Below are positions 1-13,224 of a stretch of DNA of 64,000 nucleotides, one piece after another. Made by a program: the position numbers and the translations under genes. Location: assembly GCA_963726265.1 (NCBI GenBank), contig CAVSBQ010000002.1, positions 160,001 through 224,000 on the forward strand. Reading direction: 5' to 3'. This DNA comes from Candidatus Aenigmatarchaeota archaeon (GTDB lineage: Archaea > Aenigmatarchaeota > Aenigmatarchaeia > QMZP01 > QMZT01). Every line of letters starts with the position of its first letter. Position 1 is the stretch's first letter. The notes under the pieces were generated by a model that saw only the letters and a program-made list of their open reading frames with translations, had not been told where the DNA came from and searched no databases.

Positions 1-3512
<3,512 letters not shown>

Positions 3513-3552
3513 CACAATAAAGATATTAAAGTTTTGACAGCATTTTATAATC

Positions 3553-4323
3553 ATGACAGGACCTGATAATCCTGATTATTTAACTGACGATGAAAATGAT
3601 CCGGATGTTTTGAAAAGTTTATCAGAATTGAAGCGTGACCTCAGAAGACTCAAATGGACCGCTGGTGCTTCATTGCTTCTCGTGGCTGGTAGCGGGTTTT
3701 ATTTTTTCAACAGACTTGAAAACAAACTCGACAACCTCACAAATAAAATGTTAAGTGAAATCAATATACTGGAAGACGCAGTGCAAATGTTTGCAGATAA
3801 ATCAAACGGGTCATTTGTTGGAATGAAAAAAGCGGTTCTTGATGTGAAAAAAGCGGCAAGAGAAACCATAGACGGGCTCGACAGGACCGAAAGATATGTT
3901 GGTTCGTTCACTTACAGTATTTACAGTAAACTGTACGGGTTTGAGCAGAATCCTGCAAAGTGGGCCATCCTGGGAATTCCGGCAGGTTCGCAGCTGAAGC
4001 ATGACCGTGTTTTAACCCCGGTTGAAAGCGATACGTTCGATTTCACTCAGCCCATTCAGCCAGTAACAGAAGGCAACCCTTACCTGACGGGAATACGTGT
4101 CGGGAAAGGCTGGTACTGGGCCGAAGCCGGCAAGCCGATAAATGTAAAACTCTTGGGGGATGAGATGCGGGCACTGGAAAACGGCTTCGAAATTCCATAT
4201 CAGGTAGCTTGCGTCCAGGCCGGGCCCGGAGGCCAGGAAAAGATAGTCGCTTCTTACAAAGGCGGTTTCGTAAGCAGCGGCAATGCTCCATGGAGGGCTG
4301 CGAATTCCGTGGCGGAATTATAG
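3553..4323 (+). CDS. Hypothetical protein with one N-terminal TM segment and a coiled-coil-like region
   Basis: 256-aa ORF with hydrophobic WTAGASLLLVAGSGFYFF; visibly more AT-rich than its neighbours. Confidence 0.7.
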   Translation: MTGPDNPDYLTDDENDPDVLKSLSELKRDLRRLKWTAGASLLLVAGSGFYFFNRLENKLDNLTNKMLSEINILEDAVQMFADKSNGSFVGMKKAVLDVKKAARETIDGLDRTERYVGSFTYSIYSKLYGFEQNPAKWAILGIPAGSQLKHDRVLTPVESDTFDFTQPIQPVTEGNPYLTGIRVGKGWYWAEAGKPINVKLLGDEMRALENGFEIPYQVACVQAGPGGQEKIVASYKGGFVSSGNAPWRAANSVAEL

Positions 4324-4410
4324 ATGCAGTTTTGCCGCTTTGCAGCAGCCGTTTAAACATTTACCATCTTTTTAAGCCTCCGAAATAAACCCTATATTGT
4401 GGTGGGGGGC

Positions 4411-6924
4411 ATGGAGGTCAGCAAGGAATTCCTACTTTTAGATATAGACCACATAATGATAGACGGCAGGCCCGTCATCCGCCTGTGGGGCAGGGCCAGC
4501 GACGGGAAGACGATTCTAGCGAATGACCGCGCTTTCAGGCCATATTTTTATCTCGAGCTCGATGAGAAGACGGACAGGAAATTCGACATGAAGGGCTTCA
4601 TGGAGAAGCTCGACGCACTGGAGGAGCTGAAGAGCGCGGTGGAGAAAATCGAAACCGTGGAAAAAAATCTGTTAGGCGAGCCGAGGCATTTTCTCAAGAT
4701 AAGCATGAGCTCGCCCGCAAGCATAAACGAGCTGAGGTTCGTGGTCGAGCGCTGGCAGGGCATAAAGAAGGCGTATGAATACGACATCCCCTTCTACAGG
4801 CGCTATCTCATAGACAAAGGTTTATCGCCGGCTGGCTGGGTTTCGGTTACCGGCGAGATGAAGAAAGGCGGCTCTGGCGCGCATGTGCATGAGGAAATCG
4901 AAATCGGCGACGTAAACCCCAGCGGCGGCGCGGGCCACACGAGCCCCAAGGTTCTCAAGGCCGTCGCGCTTGACATCGAGGTCTACGGCGACGAGGTCAT
5001 AATGGTCTCGCTATTCGGGGAAGGAGTGAAGAAAATCCTTACGTATGGCTGGAAAGAGCCCATAAACGGCAGGCTGCTCGAGGCGACGGAAATCATGAAG
5101 GACGAGCGAGGCATGCTGATGCGCCTGATAGAGGTGCTGAAGGAGCTCGACCCCGACATCATCGTCACCTACAACGGCGACATGTTCGACTTCACCAAGC
5201 TCAAGGAAAGGGCGAACCTGCATAACATTCCGCTGGACATCGGAAGGAATGGCAGACCGCTCGAATTCGTGCGGCGAGGCCGGGTATTCTGCGCTTTCAT
5301 CTCTGGAAGGGCGCATGTCGACCTCTACACGTTCATCAACAACATCTTGGGCGATTCGCTGCAATCAGAGACGCTCACGCTGGATATGGTCTCGAACGAG
5401 CTGCTCGGCTTCGGCAAGGAGCCGCTCGACTGGAAGGAGATAGAGAAGCTCTGGAAGGAGAAGAAGAACCTTAAGGCCGTCGCGGAATACTGCCTGAAAG
5501 ACTCGGAGCTGACCATGAAGCTCGCTGAACGCCTTCTTCCGCAGGTCTTCGAAATCTCGCGGCTCGTCGGCCAGACCGTTTTCGACACGTCCAGAATGAG
5601 CTACTCGCAGCTGGTCGAGTGGCTGCTGATAAGGAACGCCTTCAAGAAAGGCGAAGTCGTTCTTAACAGGCCGGACTACGACGAGATAAAGAAGAGGAAA
5701 GAGGCGTCGCCCTACACCGGCGGCTACGTGCTCATGCCCGAGTCCGGCATACACGAGAACATCGCGCTGTTCGACTTCGCGAGCCTGTACCCGACAACCA
5801 TCATCACCCACAACATCTCGCCCGAGACGCTCGACAGGGACGGCGAAGGCAAGGCTAAGAACGTCGTCCCTGAGAGCGACCACTACTTCTCGCTGGAAAA
5901 GAAGGGCTTCATCCCGGGCATCATAAAGGCGCTCGTGGAGAAAAGGAGCGAGATAAAGAAGGAGATGAGCACAGCCGAACCCGGTTCTTCTCGTTATCGT
6001 GACCTCTACAACAGGCAGTATGCCATGAAAATAATCGCGAACGCGAGCTACGGCTACTACGCCTACGCGGGCTCGCGCTGGTATTCGAGGATATGCGCGA
6101 TGTCTATCGCCGCATTCGGCCGCTACTACATACAGAAAGTCATAAGCTTCGCCAAGGAGAGAGGCTTCGACGTTATCTACGGCGACACGGATTCGCTGTT
6201 CATCGCGGACTGCAGCGAGGCGAAGGCGAAGAAATTCACGGACGCCGTCAACAGCATGCTGCCCGGCGTGATGGAGCTCGACCTGGACGGGCTTTACGAA
6301 TCCGGCATTTTCGTGCCCGCCAAGAGCGGGGCTACCGCGAAGAAGCGCTATGCGCTGCTCGGCAGGGACGGCAAGATAACGATACGCGGGCTCGAGAAAG
6401 TCCGCCGCGACTGGTGCAAGATAGCGAAGGACACGCAGGAAAGCGTGCTGCTCGCCATACTCAAGGACAGGGACGAGAAAAAGGCGGTGGAGATAGTCAG
6501 GGATATAGTAGGCAGGATAAACAAGGGCGACATCGACGTCAAGGACCTGGTGATATACACGCAGATAACCAGGCCGCTGGACAAATACGAGCAGATAGGC
6601 CCGCACGTCGCTGCCGCCAGGAAATACGTGAAACACGGCCAGCCGGTCAGGGAGGGCTCGATAATAGGCTACATAATAACGAGGGGCGACGGCTCGATAT
6701 CGAACCGCGCCGAGCCTTTCGAATATGCAGAGAACTACGACCCCGATTATTACATAAACAACCAGATAATGCCCGCGGCCATGCGCATTCTCTACGGCCT
6801 TGGATTTTCGGAAGACGACGTGCTGGGCAGCGACGACAAGAGCCAGCGCTCGCTGGACGGGTTCATGAAGAAGGCCGCCAGGAAGAAACTGCGCAAAAAC
6901 TTCGAGAAGTTCAAAGCGGGATAA
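4411..6924 (+). CDS. polB: Family B DNA polymerase (archaeal PolB)
   Basis: Exonuclease motifs DIE and TYNGDMFDF; polymerase motifs DFASLYP, KIIANASYGY and YGDTDS; no intein seen. Confidence 0.96.
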   Translation: MEVSKEFLLLDIDHIMIDGRPVIRLWGRASDGKTILANDRAFRPYFYLELDEKTDRKFDMKGFMEKLDALEELKSAVEKIETVEKNLLGEPRHFLKISMSSPASINELRFVVERWQGIKKAYEYDIPFYRRYLIDKGLSPAGWVSVTGEMKKGGSGAHVHEEIEIGDVNPSGGAGHTSPKVLKAVALDIEVYGDEVIMVSLFGEGVKKILTYGWKEPINGRLLEATEIMKDERGMLMRLIEVLKELDPDIIVTYNGDMFDFTKLKERANLHNIPLDIGRNGRPLEFVRRGRVFCAFISGRAHVDLYTFINNILGDSLQSETLTLDMVSNELLGFGKEPLDWKEIEKLWKEKKNLKAVAEYCLKDSELTMKLAERLLPQVFEISRLVGQTVFDTSRMSYSQLVEWLLIRNAFKKGEVVLNRPDYDEIKKRKEASPYTGGYVLMPESGIHENIALFDFASLYPTTIITHNISPETLDRDGEGKAKNVVPESDHYFSLEKKGFIPGIIKALVEKRSEIKKEMSTAEPGSSRYRDLYNRQYAMKIIANASYGYYAYAGSRWYSRICAMSIAAFGRYYIQKVISFAKERGFDVIYGDTDSLFIADCSEAKAKKFTDAVNSMLPGVMELDLDGLYESGIFVPAKSGATAKKRYALLGRDGKITIRGLEKVRRDWCKIAKDTQESVLLAILKDRDEKKAVEIVRDIVGRINKGDIDVKDLVIYTQITRPLDKYEQIGPHVAAARKYVKHGQPVREGSIIGYIITRGDGSISNRAEPFEYAENYDPDYYINNQIMPAAMRILYGLGFSEDDVLGSDDKSQRSLDGFMKKAARKKLRKNFEKFKAG

Positions 6925-6933
6925 ACGGCCGGC

Positions 6934-7374
6934 TTACAGCTTTTTCTCCATCACGAATCTCGTTCTCCTGTAAGCCATCTTTTCGTAGAGCTTCAGCGCG
7001 GGAACGTTGGTTTCCGTGACCTTGAGCTCCATCCTGCCGATATGCTTCGCTTTCATGTAATTTTCCGCATAAGACAGCAGCTGCTCCGCGAGGCCGCTCT
7101 GCCTGTGGCTTTCCTTTATGAAGAGCTGGTGCAGGAAGCCGTACCTGCCGCTGTAGCCGCTCGAGCAGCCGAACCAGATGTAGCCGATGACTTCGCCATG
7201 CCTTTCGAGAACGCGTATCCACTCAGGGTATCTGGCGGCGCAGGCGAGCAGGCGCCTCCTGAACTTCGCCTCGTCCAGCTCTTTGCCGGGAAAGCTCGCG
7301 CCCATGCTCTGCCTTTTGAATTCAATGATATGGGGCAGGTCTTCCCTCCTGAACTCCCTTTGCGTTATTTTCAT
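6934..7374 (-). CDS. GNAT family N-acetyltransferase
   Basis: LFIKESHRQSGLAEQLL acetyl-CoA motif and NVPALKLYEKMAY. Confidence 0.88.
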   Translation of the reverse strand: MKITQREFRREDLPHIIEFKRQSMGASFPGKELDEAKFRRRLLACAARYPEWIRVLERHGEVIGYIWFGCSSGYSGRYGFLHQLFIKESHRQSGLAEQLLSYAENYMKAKHIGRMELKVTETNVPALKLYEKMAYRRTRFVMEKKL

Positions 7375-7441
7375 GCTTCCGCCCGCGCAAACCGCAGAAT
7401 ATAATATTTATTAAAGGATAAGAATTATATTTATTAAAACT

Positions 7442-7570
7442 GCCGATGTGGCTCAGTGGCTAGAGCACCGCGCTCATATCTTTTTGAGTTATGAGATTCG
7501 AGACATTGGTTGAAGCCGTGTCTGTGAGAGGGAAACGCGGGGGTCGTGGGTTCAATTCCCACCATCGGCA
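7442..7570 (+). tRNA. tRNA with CAT anticodon (likely elongator Met); 56-nt intron at 37/38 (7479-7534)
   Basis: Acceptor stem GCCGATG/CATCGGC, anticodon stem CCGCG/CGCGG, T-loop TTCAATT. G1-C72 argues against initiator tRNA. The BHB motif is imperfect. Confidence 0.88.
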
Positions 7571-7631
7571 TGGAAGCGAAGGACGCGCGCATGGCGCGCG
7601 TCGTCATATCAGGATGTCAGGGTGATCTTAG

Positions 7632-8519
7632 ATGGTGAAGAAAAAGAAAGAGACGAGGGAGAAGGGCTACGAATCGCTGAAGGACAAGACCGGGCCCATC
7701 AGGAAGGAAAAGATAGACAAGGTCATACAGATGCAGGAAAAGAAGAGGATTGACGCGGTGACGCAGAAGAAGAAAGGCATACCCATAGCGTATGCCGCAC
7801 TGATAGTCATCGTCATCGCCGCGCTCGGCGCGGTCCTGCTTTTCGCGGTGCCGAGGTTCAACACCGCGCCCGTTAAGGCGGGGGACATGGTGCAGATAAT
7901 ATACGTCCTGAAGCTCCAGGACGGCTCTGTCTTCGAGACGGGCAACTTCTCGTTCAGGGTGAATTCGAGCGAAGTCATACAAGGCGTTGACGAGGCGATG
8001 ATAGGCATGAGAGTCGGCGACAAGAAAACAATCACCGTCACTCCGGACAAGGCGTATGGCTACTATGATGAAAGTAAAATTATGGATGTTCCTCTTGTCA
8101 ACGAGAGAAACATTACAATGGACATAGACATAGATGCTTTTAATGCATCTTTTGGTGAAATGCCAATTCTCAATAAAACCTACTATATAGAGGGCATGGA
8201 ATGGGACCTGAGAGTGATAGATATACAGAACAGCACAGTTAAACTTGAAGATGAAGTCCAGAATGGCACGACATTTGACATGAAAAACTACGCAGGTGAA
8301 ATTTACGCAAAGGGAACTGTTAACATAGAAGGTAATAAACTGATAATGACGACTCATCCTATAAAAGGAGGCATAATTTACGCCCCAACTTTATATGGTT
8401 ACGAAGCCGGCAAAATAGTTGACTTCAACGAAACACATATGAATCTTGACTTCAACAACCCGCTTGCGAGCAAGACGCTGACCTTCGAGATAACGCTGCT
8501 CAGCATGATTTCTTACTGA
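7632..8519 (+). CDS. Membrane-anchored FKBP-type peptidyl-prolyl isomerase with a large insert domain
   Basis: TM helix, then GDMVQIIY..DGSVFET, VIQGVDEAMIGMRVGDKKTITVTPDKAYG and DFNNPLASKTLTFEI. Confidence 0.9.
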   Translation: MVKKKKETREKGYESLKDKTGPIRKEKIDKVIQMQEKKRIDAVTQKKKGIPIAYAALIVIVIAALGAVLLFAVPRFNTAPVKAGDMVQIIYVLKLQDGSVFETGNFSFRVNSSEVIQGVDEAMIGMRVGDKKTITVTPDKAYGYYDESKIMDVPLVNERNITMDIDIDAFNASFGEMPILNKTYYIEGMEWDLRVIDIQNSTVKLEDEVQNGTTFDMKNYAGEIYAKGTVNIEGNKLIMTTHPIKGGIIYAPTLYGYEAGKIVDFNETHMNLDFNNPLASKTLTFEITLLSMISY

Positions 8520-8611
8520 AGCAGCGCTTCTTTTTATTTTTTCCTTTCTTTTGTTTGTTTTTAATTGAATATTTAAATAATTCTGTTTTATACTCACTTA
8601 TGAGTTAAAAA

Positions 8612-9526
8612 ATGGATTTTGGGCATGGAATTATTTACAGCCCTAAAACTGATAAATTTCATTACGTGGGAAATTTAGACGAATTGAAACTTAATGCACC
8701 ATTGACTGTTGTTGTTGAATTGCTCTATGACTGCAATTTATCATGTGGTTTTTGCATGAAATTGGATGATGTTAAAAGAATACCATCTTACGATGAAAGC
8801 GCATCTTATCTGGATAAACTTTCCTTTAATGACCATCCTATACGTACAGTAATATCGGGAGGAGAACCATTTCTCAGAAAGGATATTGAAAGGGTATTGC
8901 AACATGGGCATTCGAAAGGGCACATTCAAAATTTAGCTACCAATGGAATTCTTGTGAACCCCAATAAATCTTTGGTTGAATGTGTTAATGTTTTTGAAGT
9001 TGGGTTAGATGGTAATACATCTGAAACGTACAAGTCTGTCAGAGGTAGCGATGGATATGATGCAGTTGTTGCCAACATACAAAAGTTAACCGATTTGGGC
9101 GCAAACGTCAGGGTTACCTACTTATTGACAAAGAAAAATGCATCTTCCGCGAAGGAAATGCCTGAGCTATGCTCTAGGCTGGGTGTTTCAAAACTAAGGT
9201 TACAAAGATTTATTAGATATGGAAGAGGTGCAAAAAATTATCAGGAATTTGAGCTCAGTGACGAGGAATTACACAGGGTAGTTGAAGAAACCAAGGACGA
9301 TGCCAGCCGCTTTGGAATTGAATTACGAACTCCGCCAGCCAAACAGTACTATTATGGTGTTATTTTTATTACACCTCAAGGGGATATTATGTACAGAAAC
9401 GGAAGCGGAGATGAAGATAGTACACGTAGATTAGGTAACTTGAAAGAAACAGATTTGTCCGAAGTTTGGACGCCTGAAATGTCTGATGCGCATAAGAAGA
9501 TTATCTTTTTTCCAGATATGTTGTAG
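8612..9526 (+). CDS. Radical SAM protein (PqqE/SPASM-like scaffold)
   Basis: CNLSCGFC (CxxxCxxC), SGGEP and ATNG motifs; AT-rich. Confidence 0.88.
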   Translation: MDFGHGIIYSPKTDKFHYVGNLDELKLNAPLTVVVELLYDCNLSCGFCMKLDDVKRIPSYDESASYLDKLSFNDHPIRTVISGGEPFLRKDIERVLQHGHSKGHIQNLATNGILVNPNKSLVECVNVFEVGLDGNTSETYKSVRGSDGYDAVVANIQKLTDLGANVRVTYLLTKKNASSAKEMPELCSRLGVSKLRLQRFIRYGRGAKNYQEFELSDEELHRVVEETKDDASRFGIELRTPPAKQYYYGVIFITPQGDIMYRNGSGDEDSTRRLGNLKETDLSEVWTPEMSDAHKKIIFFPDML

Positions 9527-9553
9527 ATTTATAAGACCTTAAATCAAGGTCGT

Positions 9554-9748
9554 TTACTTCTTGAACTTGCCTATCTTGTCAATCATGTCAACGTGCGTCA
9601 GAAACAGCGAGCGGCAGCAGTATCTCTCGAGGCCAAGCGAGTCTAGGACCGTCTTCGGCGCGGTTCCGTCATGGACTTCCTTCTGGAACTTCTCCCACAA
9701 ATGGCCCACGGGCTTGCCGCAGGTCATGCAACGGATTGGTATTATCAT
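9554..9748 (-). CDS. rpoN: DNA-directed RNA polymerase subunit N (Rpo10)
   Basis: [12 protein letters not shown]...[17 protein letters not shown]. Confidence 0.96.
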   Translation of the reverse strand: MIIPIRCMTCGKPVGHLWEKFQKEVHDGTAPKTVLDSLGLERYCCRSLFLTHVDMIDKIGKFKK

Positions 9749-10002
9749 GCGCATCACGAAGCTGCATTGCAAATCTTGGTGTCTTTATTTAACGCAAAGG
9801 GGCTTTAAAAGCTTATCCCCCGACACCCTCGTTCAAGAAATCCTTTACTTTCTTCCTCGTCTTTTCGGGCATCTTTATGATATCGGCCGTCTCCTTCGTC
9901 CTATTTATCTCGAGCATGTCTATGTTCCTCATTTTTTCCTTTAAGCCCATGAAAAAGACCTCTATATTTAATATAACTAACCAGATATAATAATACCCGG
10001 AT

Positions 10003-10171
10003 GGGGCCGTAGTGTAGTTAAACCCTTTTGCGCAGGTAAACGCGCAAAAGCGTTTACGGAAAACGTAAAGGGTTCTGCAATGGCCTAGTCAACCTCGAGC
10101 TTTTGAGCTTGACGCCATGATCATTCCAGCTTGGGGTGCTGGCGACCTGGGTTCAAATCCCAGCGGCCCCA
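10003..10171 (+). tRNA. tRNA-Pro(GGG) with two D-loop introns (10020-10080 and 10087-10119)
   Basis: Acceptor stem GGGGCCG/CGGCCCC, anticodon arm CCAGC-TTGGGGT-GCTGG, T-loop TTCAAAT. Removing both BHB-bounded inserts gives a 75-nt cloverleaf. Confidence 0.9.
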
Positions 10172-10207
10172 TCGAACCTTTTTTCGGACGCTTTTTCCAA
10201 AATGGCT

Positions 10208-10990
10208 TTAGCTCATCCTGACTATGCGGCCCGTCTTCTTAGCATACTTGAAAACAAAGTAGTATAGCGGCAGCGATAAAAGCACGTAAGCGAAAGCCGT
10301 TACGATGCTTATGCCCAGAAGCGCGCCGCTGGCCGCGCCGCTGCTTATCATTAAGCGGACGTTTTCAAAAACCGCCGTAAAGGGCATGGCCCATACCAGG
10401 GGCTGGATAACGGGCGGGTATATGGTCACCGGAAAGAACGGCGCGGAGAGCAGAAGAAAAAGCTGGTGCGTAGTCCACCCCAGGAAACCGTATTCTATGC
10501 CAGCTAAAAATATGATTGCGGCCACCATTATGGCGAGCCCTATCGATGCCATCAACGTTATCAGCGACAGCAGGAGTATGGGATAGAAATTCGCGGTTAT
10601 CAGGGTCAGGCCGAAGCCGTAGTAGGCCAGGCTCAGCATTATCGCTATCACCAGCAAGGCCACAACGGTCGATGATATTATCCTGGCGAACAGGTATTCG
10701 AATTCCGATAAGCCTGTTATCATTATCTGCTTCATGGAGCCGCTCCACGAATCCTCGTTCATCTGCATGTTAACGGTCGACTGCGCAAGGTATGCGAAGG
10801 TCCAGAATATGTTAACGACGAACACTACCAGGCCGGCTTCGAGTGCCATGTCTTTCACGAAATTCGAGAAAAGCCCCCACAGTATGACAGTCGTTATAGG
10901 GAAGTAAAGGAACTCGGCCAGTCTGCCTTTCGCGTTCGCGAAAATCTTGAAATCAAGATAGACCAGCGCCATGACCTTGTACATTTTCAT
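10208..10990 (-). CDS. ABC-2 type transporter permease
   Basis: About six hydrophobic segments and a SAPFFP..YP motif; overlaps the ATPase stop codon. Confidence 0.88.
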   Translation of the reverse strand: MKMYKVMALVYLDFKIFANAKGRLAEFLYFPITTVILWGLFSNFVKDMALEAGLVVFVVNIFWTFAYLAQSTVNMQMNEDSWSGSMKQIMITGLSEFEYLFARIISSTVVALLVIAIMLSLAYYGFGLTLITANFYPILLLSLITLMASIGLAIMVAAIIFLAGIEYGFLGWTTHQLFLLLSAPFFPVTIYPPVIQPLVWAMPFTAVFENVRLMISSGAASGALLGISIVTAFAYVLLSLPLYYFVFKYAKKTGRIVRMS

Positions 10991-11910
10991 GCTTCCGCCT
11001 CGCTCATTATTTTTACGAAATAATCATCCAGCGTCGGCTTCCGGGTTTCGACATACTTTGCCTTCAGGCCGCGGGACTCGAGCAACGAAAGGATTTCGCT
11101 CATGTTCTGGTCGTTGCTGACGGCTTTTGCTATCTTGTTGCCTTTTATCCTGAAGCCGTTTTTGAGCAGGAACTGCCTGTCTTTGATTTCCGCCAGGGTA
11201 ATTATGACCTCATACGTATCGAATTTTTTGCTTTTAACGTCTTTGATGCTGCCGATATCGACGATCTTGCCTTTGTTTATGAACGCGATGCGGTCAGCGA
11301 GTTCCTCGACCTCGTTCATGTAGTGGCTCGTGAGCAGGACGGTTGTTTTGAATTTTTTGTTGATTCTTTTTATTTCTTTCCTCACTTTCATGGCTATTTC
11401 CGGGTCAAGCCCCAGCGTGGGCTCGTCCATGAGGATTACCTTTGGTTTGTTCAGGAGCGCCTTCACGAGGACCGTTCTCATCGTTTCGCCGGTGGAAAGC
11501 GTGTAAAAACGCCTGCCGAGAAGGTGCTCAATGCCGAACGCTCTTGTGAGTTCCTTGAGCCTTTTTTTCCTCTCATGCTTTTCGATGTTGTATATCATGC
11601 CGTAAAAGTTGAGGATGTTCCCGACCGTGAGGGCCCAGTGGAAGCGGGCGTCGCCTGCGACGAAGTTGGTGCTTTCCATCACCGTCCTGTCCTTCCTCGG
11701 GTCCCTGCCCAGCAGCCTGACGCTGCCGGCGTCGGGGTCGAGGATGTTCATTATTATGTTTAGCAGGGTTGTCTTGCCCGACCCGTTTGGCCCGAGCAGG
11801 CCGAATATCTCGCCCTCGCGTACGTCGAAGGACACGTCGCGCAACGCGTAGAATTTCCTGCCCTGGTCCTTGAACTTCTTCGACACGTGGTCGATTTCGA
11901 TGACGTTCAT
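10987..11910 (-). CDS. ABC transporter ATP-binding protein
   Basis: Walker A GPNGSGKT, signature LSTGE, Walker B ILMDEP. Confidence 0.95.
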   Translation of the reverse strand: MNVIEIDHVSKKFKDQGRKFYALRDVSFDVREGEIFGLLGPNGSGKTTLLNIIMNILDPDAGSVRLLGRDPRKDRTVMESTNFVAGDARFHWALTVGNILNFYGMIYNIEKHERKKRLKELTRAFGIEHLLGRRFYTLSTGETMRTVLVKALLNKPKVILMDEPTLGLDPEIAMKVRKEIKRINKKFKTTVLLTSHYMNEVEELADRIAFINKGKIVDIGSIKDVKSKKFDTYEVIITLAEIKDRQFLLKNGFRIKGNKIAKAVSNDQNMSEILSLLESRGLKAKYVETRKPTLDDYFVKIMSEAEA

Positions 11911-11954
11911 AATAAATTAAATAAATTGTTGCGGGATATGAGGCAACAAAGCGA

Positions 11955-13202
11955 TTATTTTTCGTTTACAGTTCTCCACTCTTCCGCCTTCGCCGGGCTC
12001 TCGAGTGCTTCCTTAAGCTTCGCGAGGCCTTCCTTTATGTCGGGCAGGTCGATGCCTGAATAAGCGAGGCGGATGAACTCGCGGTGCTCGCCGTCCATCG
12101 GCGTGCCGAAATGACGGCGGGTACAGAAGGAGACGCCGGTCGTCTCGAGGACGTATTTCCTGAAGTCCTCGACGTCGGTGAAGCCGAGGCTGCGCATCGC
12201 GTCAGTTACGTCGGGGAACAGGTAGAAGGTCGAATTCGGCTTGAAAATCTTCACGCCCTTGATGCGCTTGAGCAGCCTTACGGCGAGGTTCCTGCGCCTC
12301 TTCAGCGTCCTGAGGATTATGCCCGTCTCCTTCTCCGTCGCCTTCAGCGCCTCCAGAGCGCCCCACTGAATAAAATGATTGGAGCAGGACTCGTCGTTGA
12401 CGTTCAGCCGGTTCATCTGCTCTGTCATCCATTCCGGTCCGATGGCCGCGCCGAGCCTCCAGCCCGTCATGGCGAACTTCTTAGAGAACGTGTAAAGTAT
12501 CATCGTCCTCTCGAACATGCCGGGATAGGAAGCTATGCTCCTGCCCTTGCCGTTGTAGTTGATGTCGAAATACGCCTCGTCGCTGAGAACGAGAAGGTCG
12601 TGCCTTATGCAGAGCTTCGCCAGCTCCTCCATCTCCTCCGGATGCGATTCCGCTCCCATGGGATTATGGTAGTTGTTGAAAATCAGGATTTTGGTATTGG
12701 GCGTGATGAGGCTTTCGATTTGCGCCAGGTCGAGGCTGAAGCCCTTCGCATCCATGAGGAAGCCGTAAGGCTTCGGGACGCCTCCATGGAAACGTATCTG
12801 CGATTCGTAGATTGGGTAGCCCGGGTTCGGATAGAGCACCTCGTCTTCGGGGTTCATGAAGGCAAGGATGAACTTCATTATAACGGGCTTGCCGCCGGGC
12901 TGGATGGAAACGTTGTCTTTCGTCAGGCTGATGCCGCGCTGGTGGCCCATCACCTTGGCCAGCTCCTCCCTCAGCTCCGGGATGCCCGCGCACGGGCAGT
13001 AGCCCGTCTTGCCCTCCTTCATGGCCTTCGCGGTCGCCCTGATTATTTTTTTCGGCGTTTTTATGTTCATGTCACCGAGGTGGAACGGGTAAATCTTCCT
13101 GCCGCTGCACGCGAGCTCGTGTGCCTCGAGCGAGACCGAGAAAGCGGTCTCTGTCCCGAGCCTTGACATCCTTTCTGCAATCCTCACAGACATAAAAATC
13201 AT
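11955..13202 (-). CDS. PLP-dependent aminotransferase class I/II
   Basis: NNYHNPMG, SDEAY and TFSKKFAMTGWRLG motifs. Confidence 0.92.
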   Translation of the reverse strand: MIFMSVRIAERMSRLGTETAFSVSLEAHELACSGRKIYPFHLGDMNIKTPKKIIRATAKAMKEGKTGYCPCAGIPELREELAKVMGHQRGISLTKDNVSIQPGGKPVIMKFILAFMNPEDEVLYPNPGYPIYESQIRFHGGVPKPYGFLMDAKGFSLDLAQIESLITPNTKILIFNNYHNPMGAESHPEEMEELAKLCIRHDLLVLSDEAYFDINYNGKGRSIASYPGMFERTMILYTFSKKFAMTGWRLGAAIGPEWMTEQMNRLNVNDESCSNHFIQWGALEALKATEKETGIILRTLKRRRNLAVRLLKRIKGVKIFKPNSTFYLFPDVTDAMRSLGFTDVEDFRKYVLETTGVSFCTRRHFGTPMDGEHREFIRLAYSGIDLPDIKEGLAKLKEALESPAKAEEWRTVNEK

Positions 13203-13224
13203 CCTGATGGGCTGGCCTCGTCTT

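Noticed and set aside
8612..11910. RiPP cluster (radical SAM, short ORF near 9850-9950, ABC exporter)
   Set aside because: The genes differ in strand and composition and are separated by rpoN and tRNA-Pro, and there is no convincing precursor peptide.
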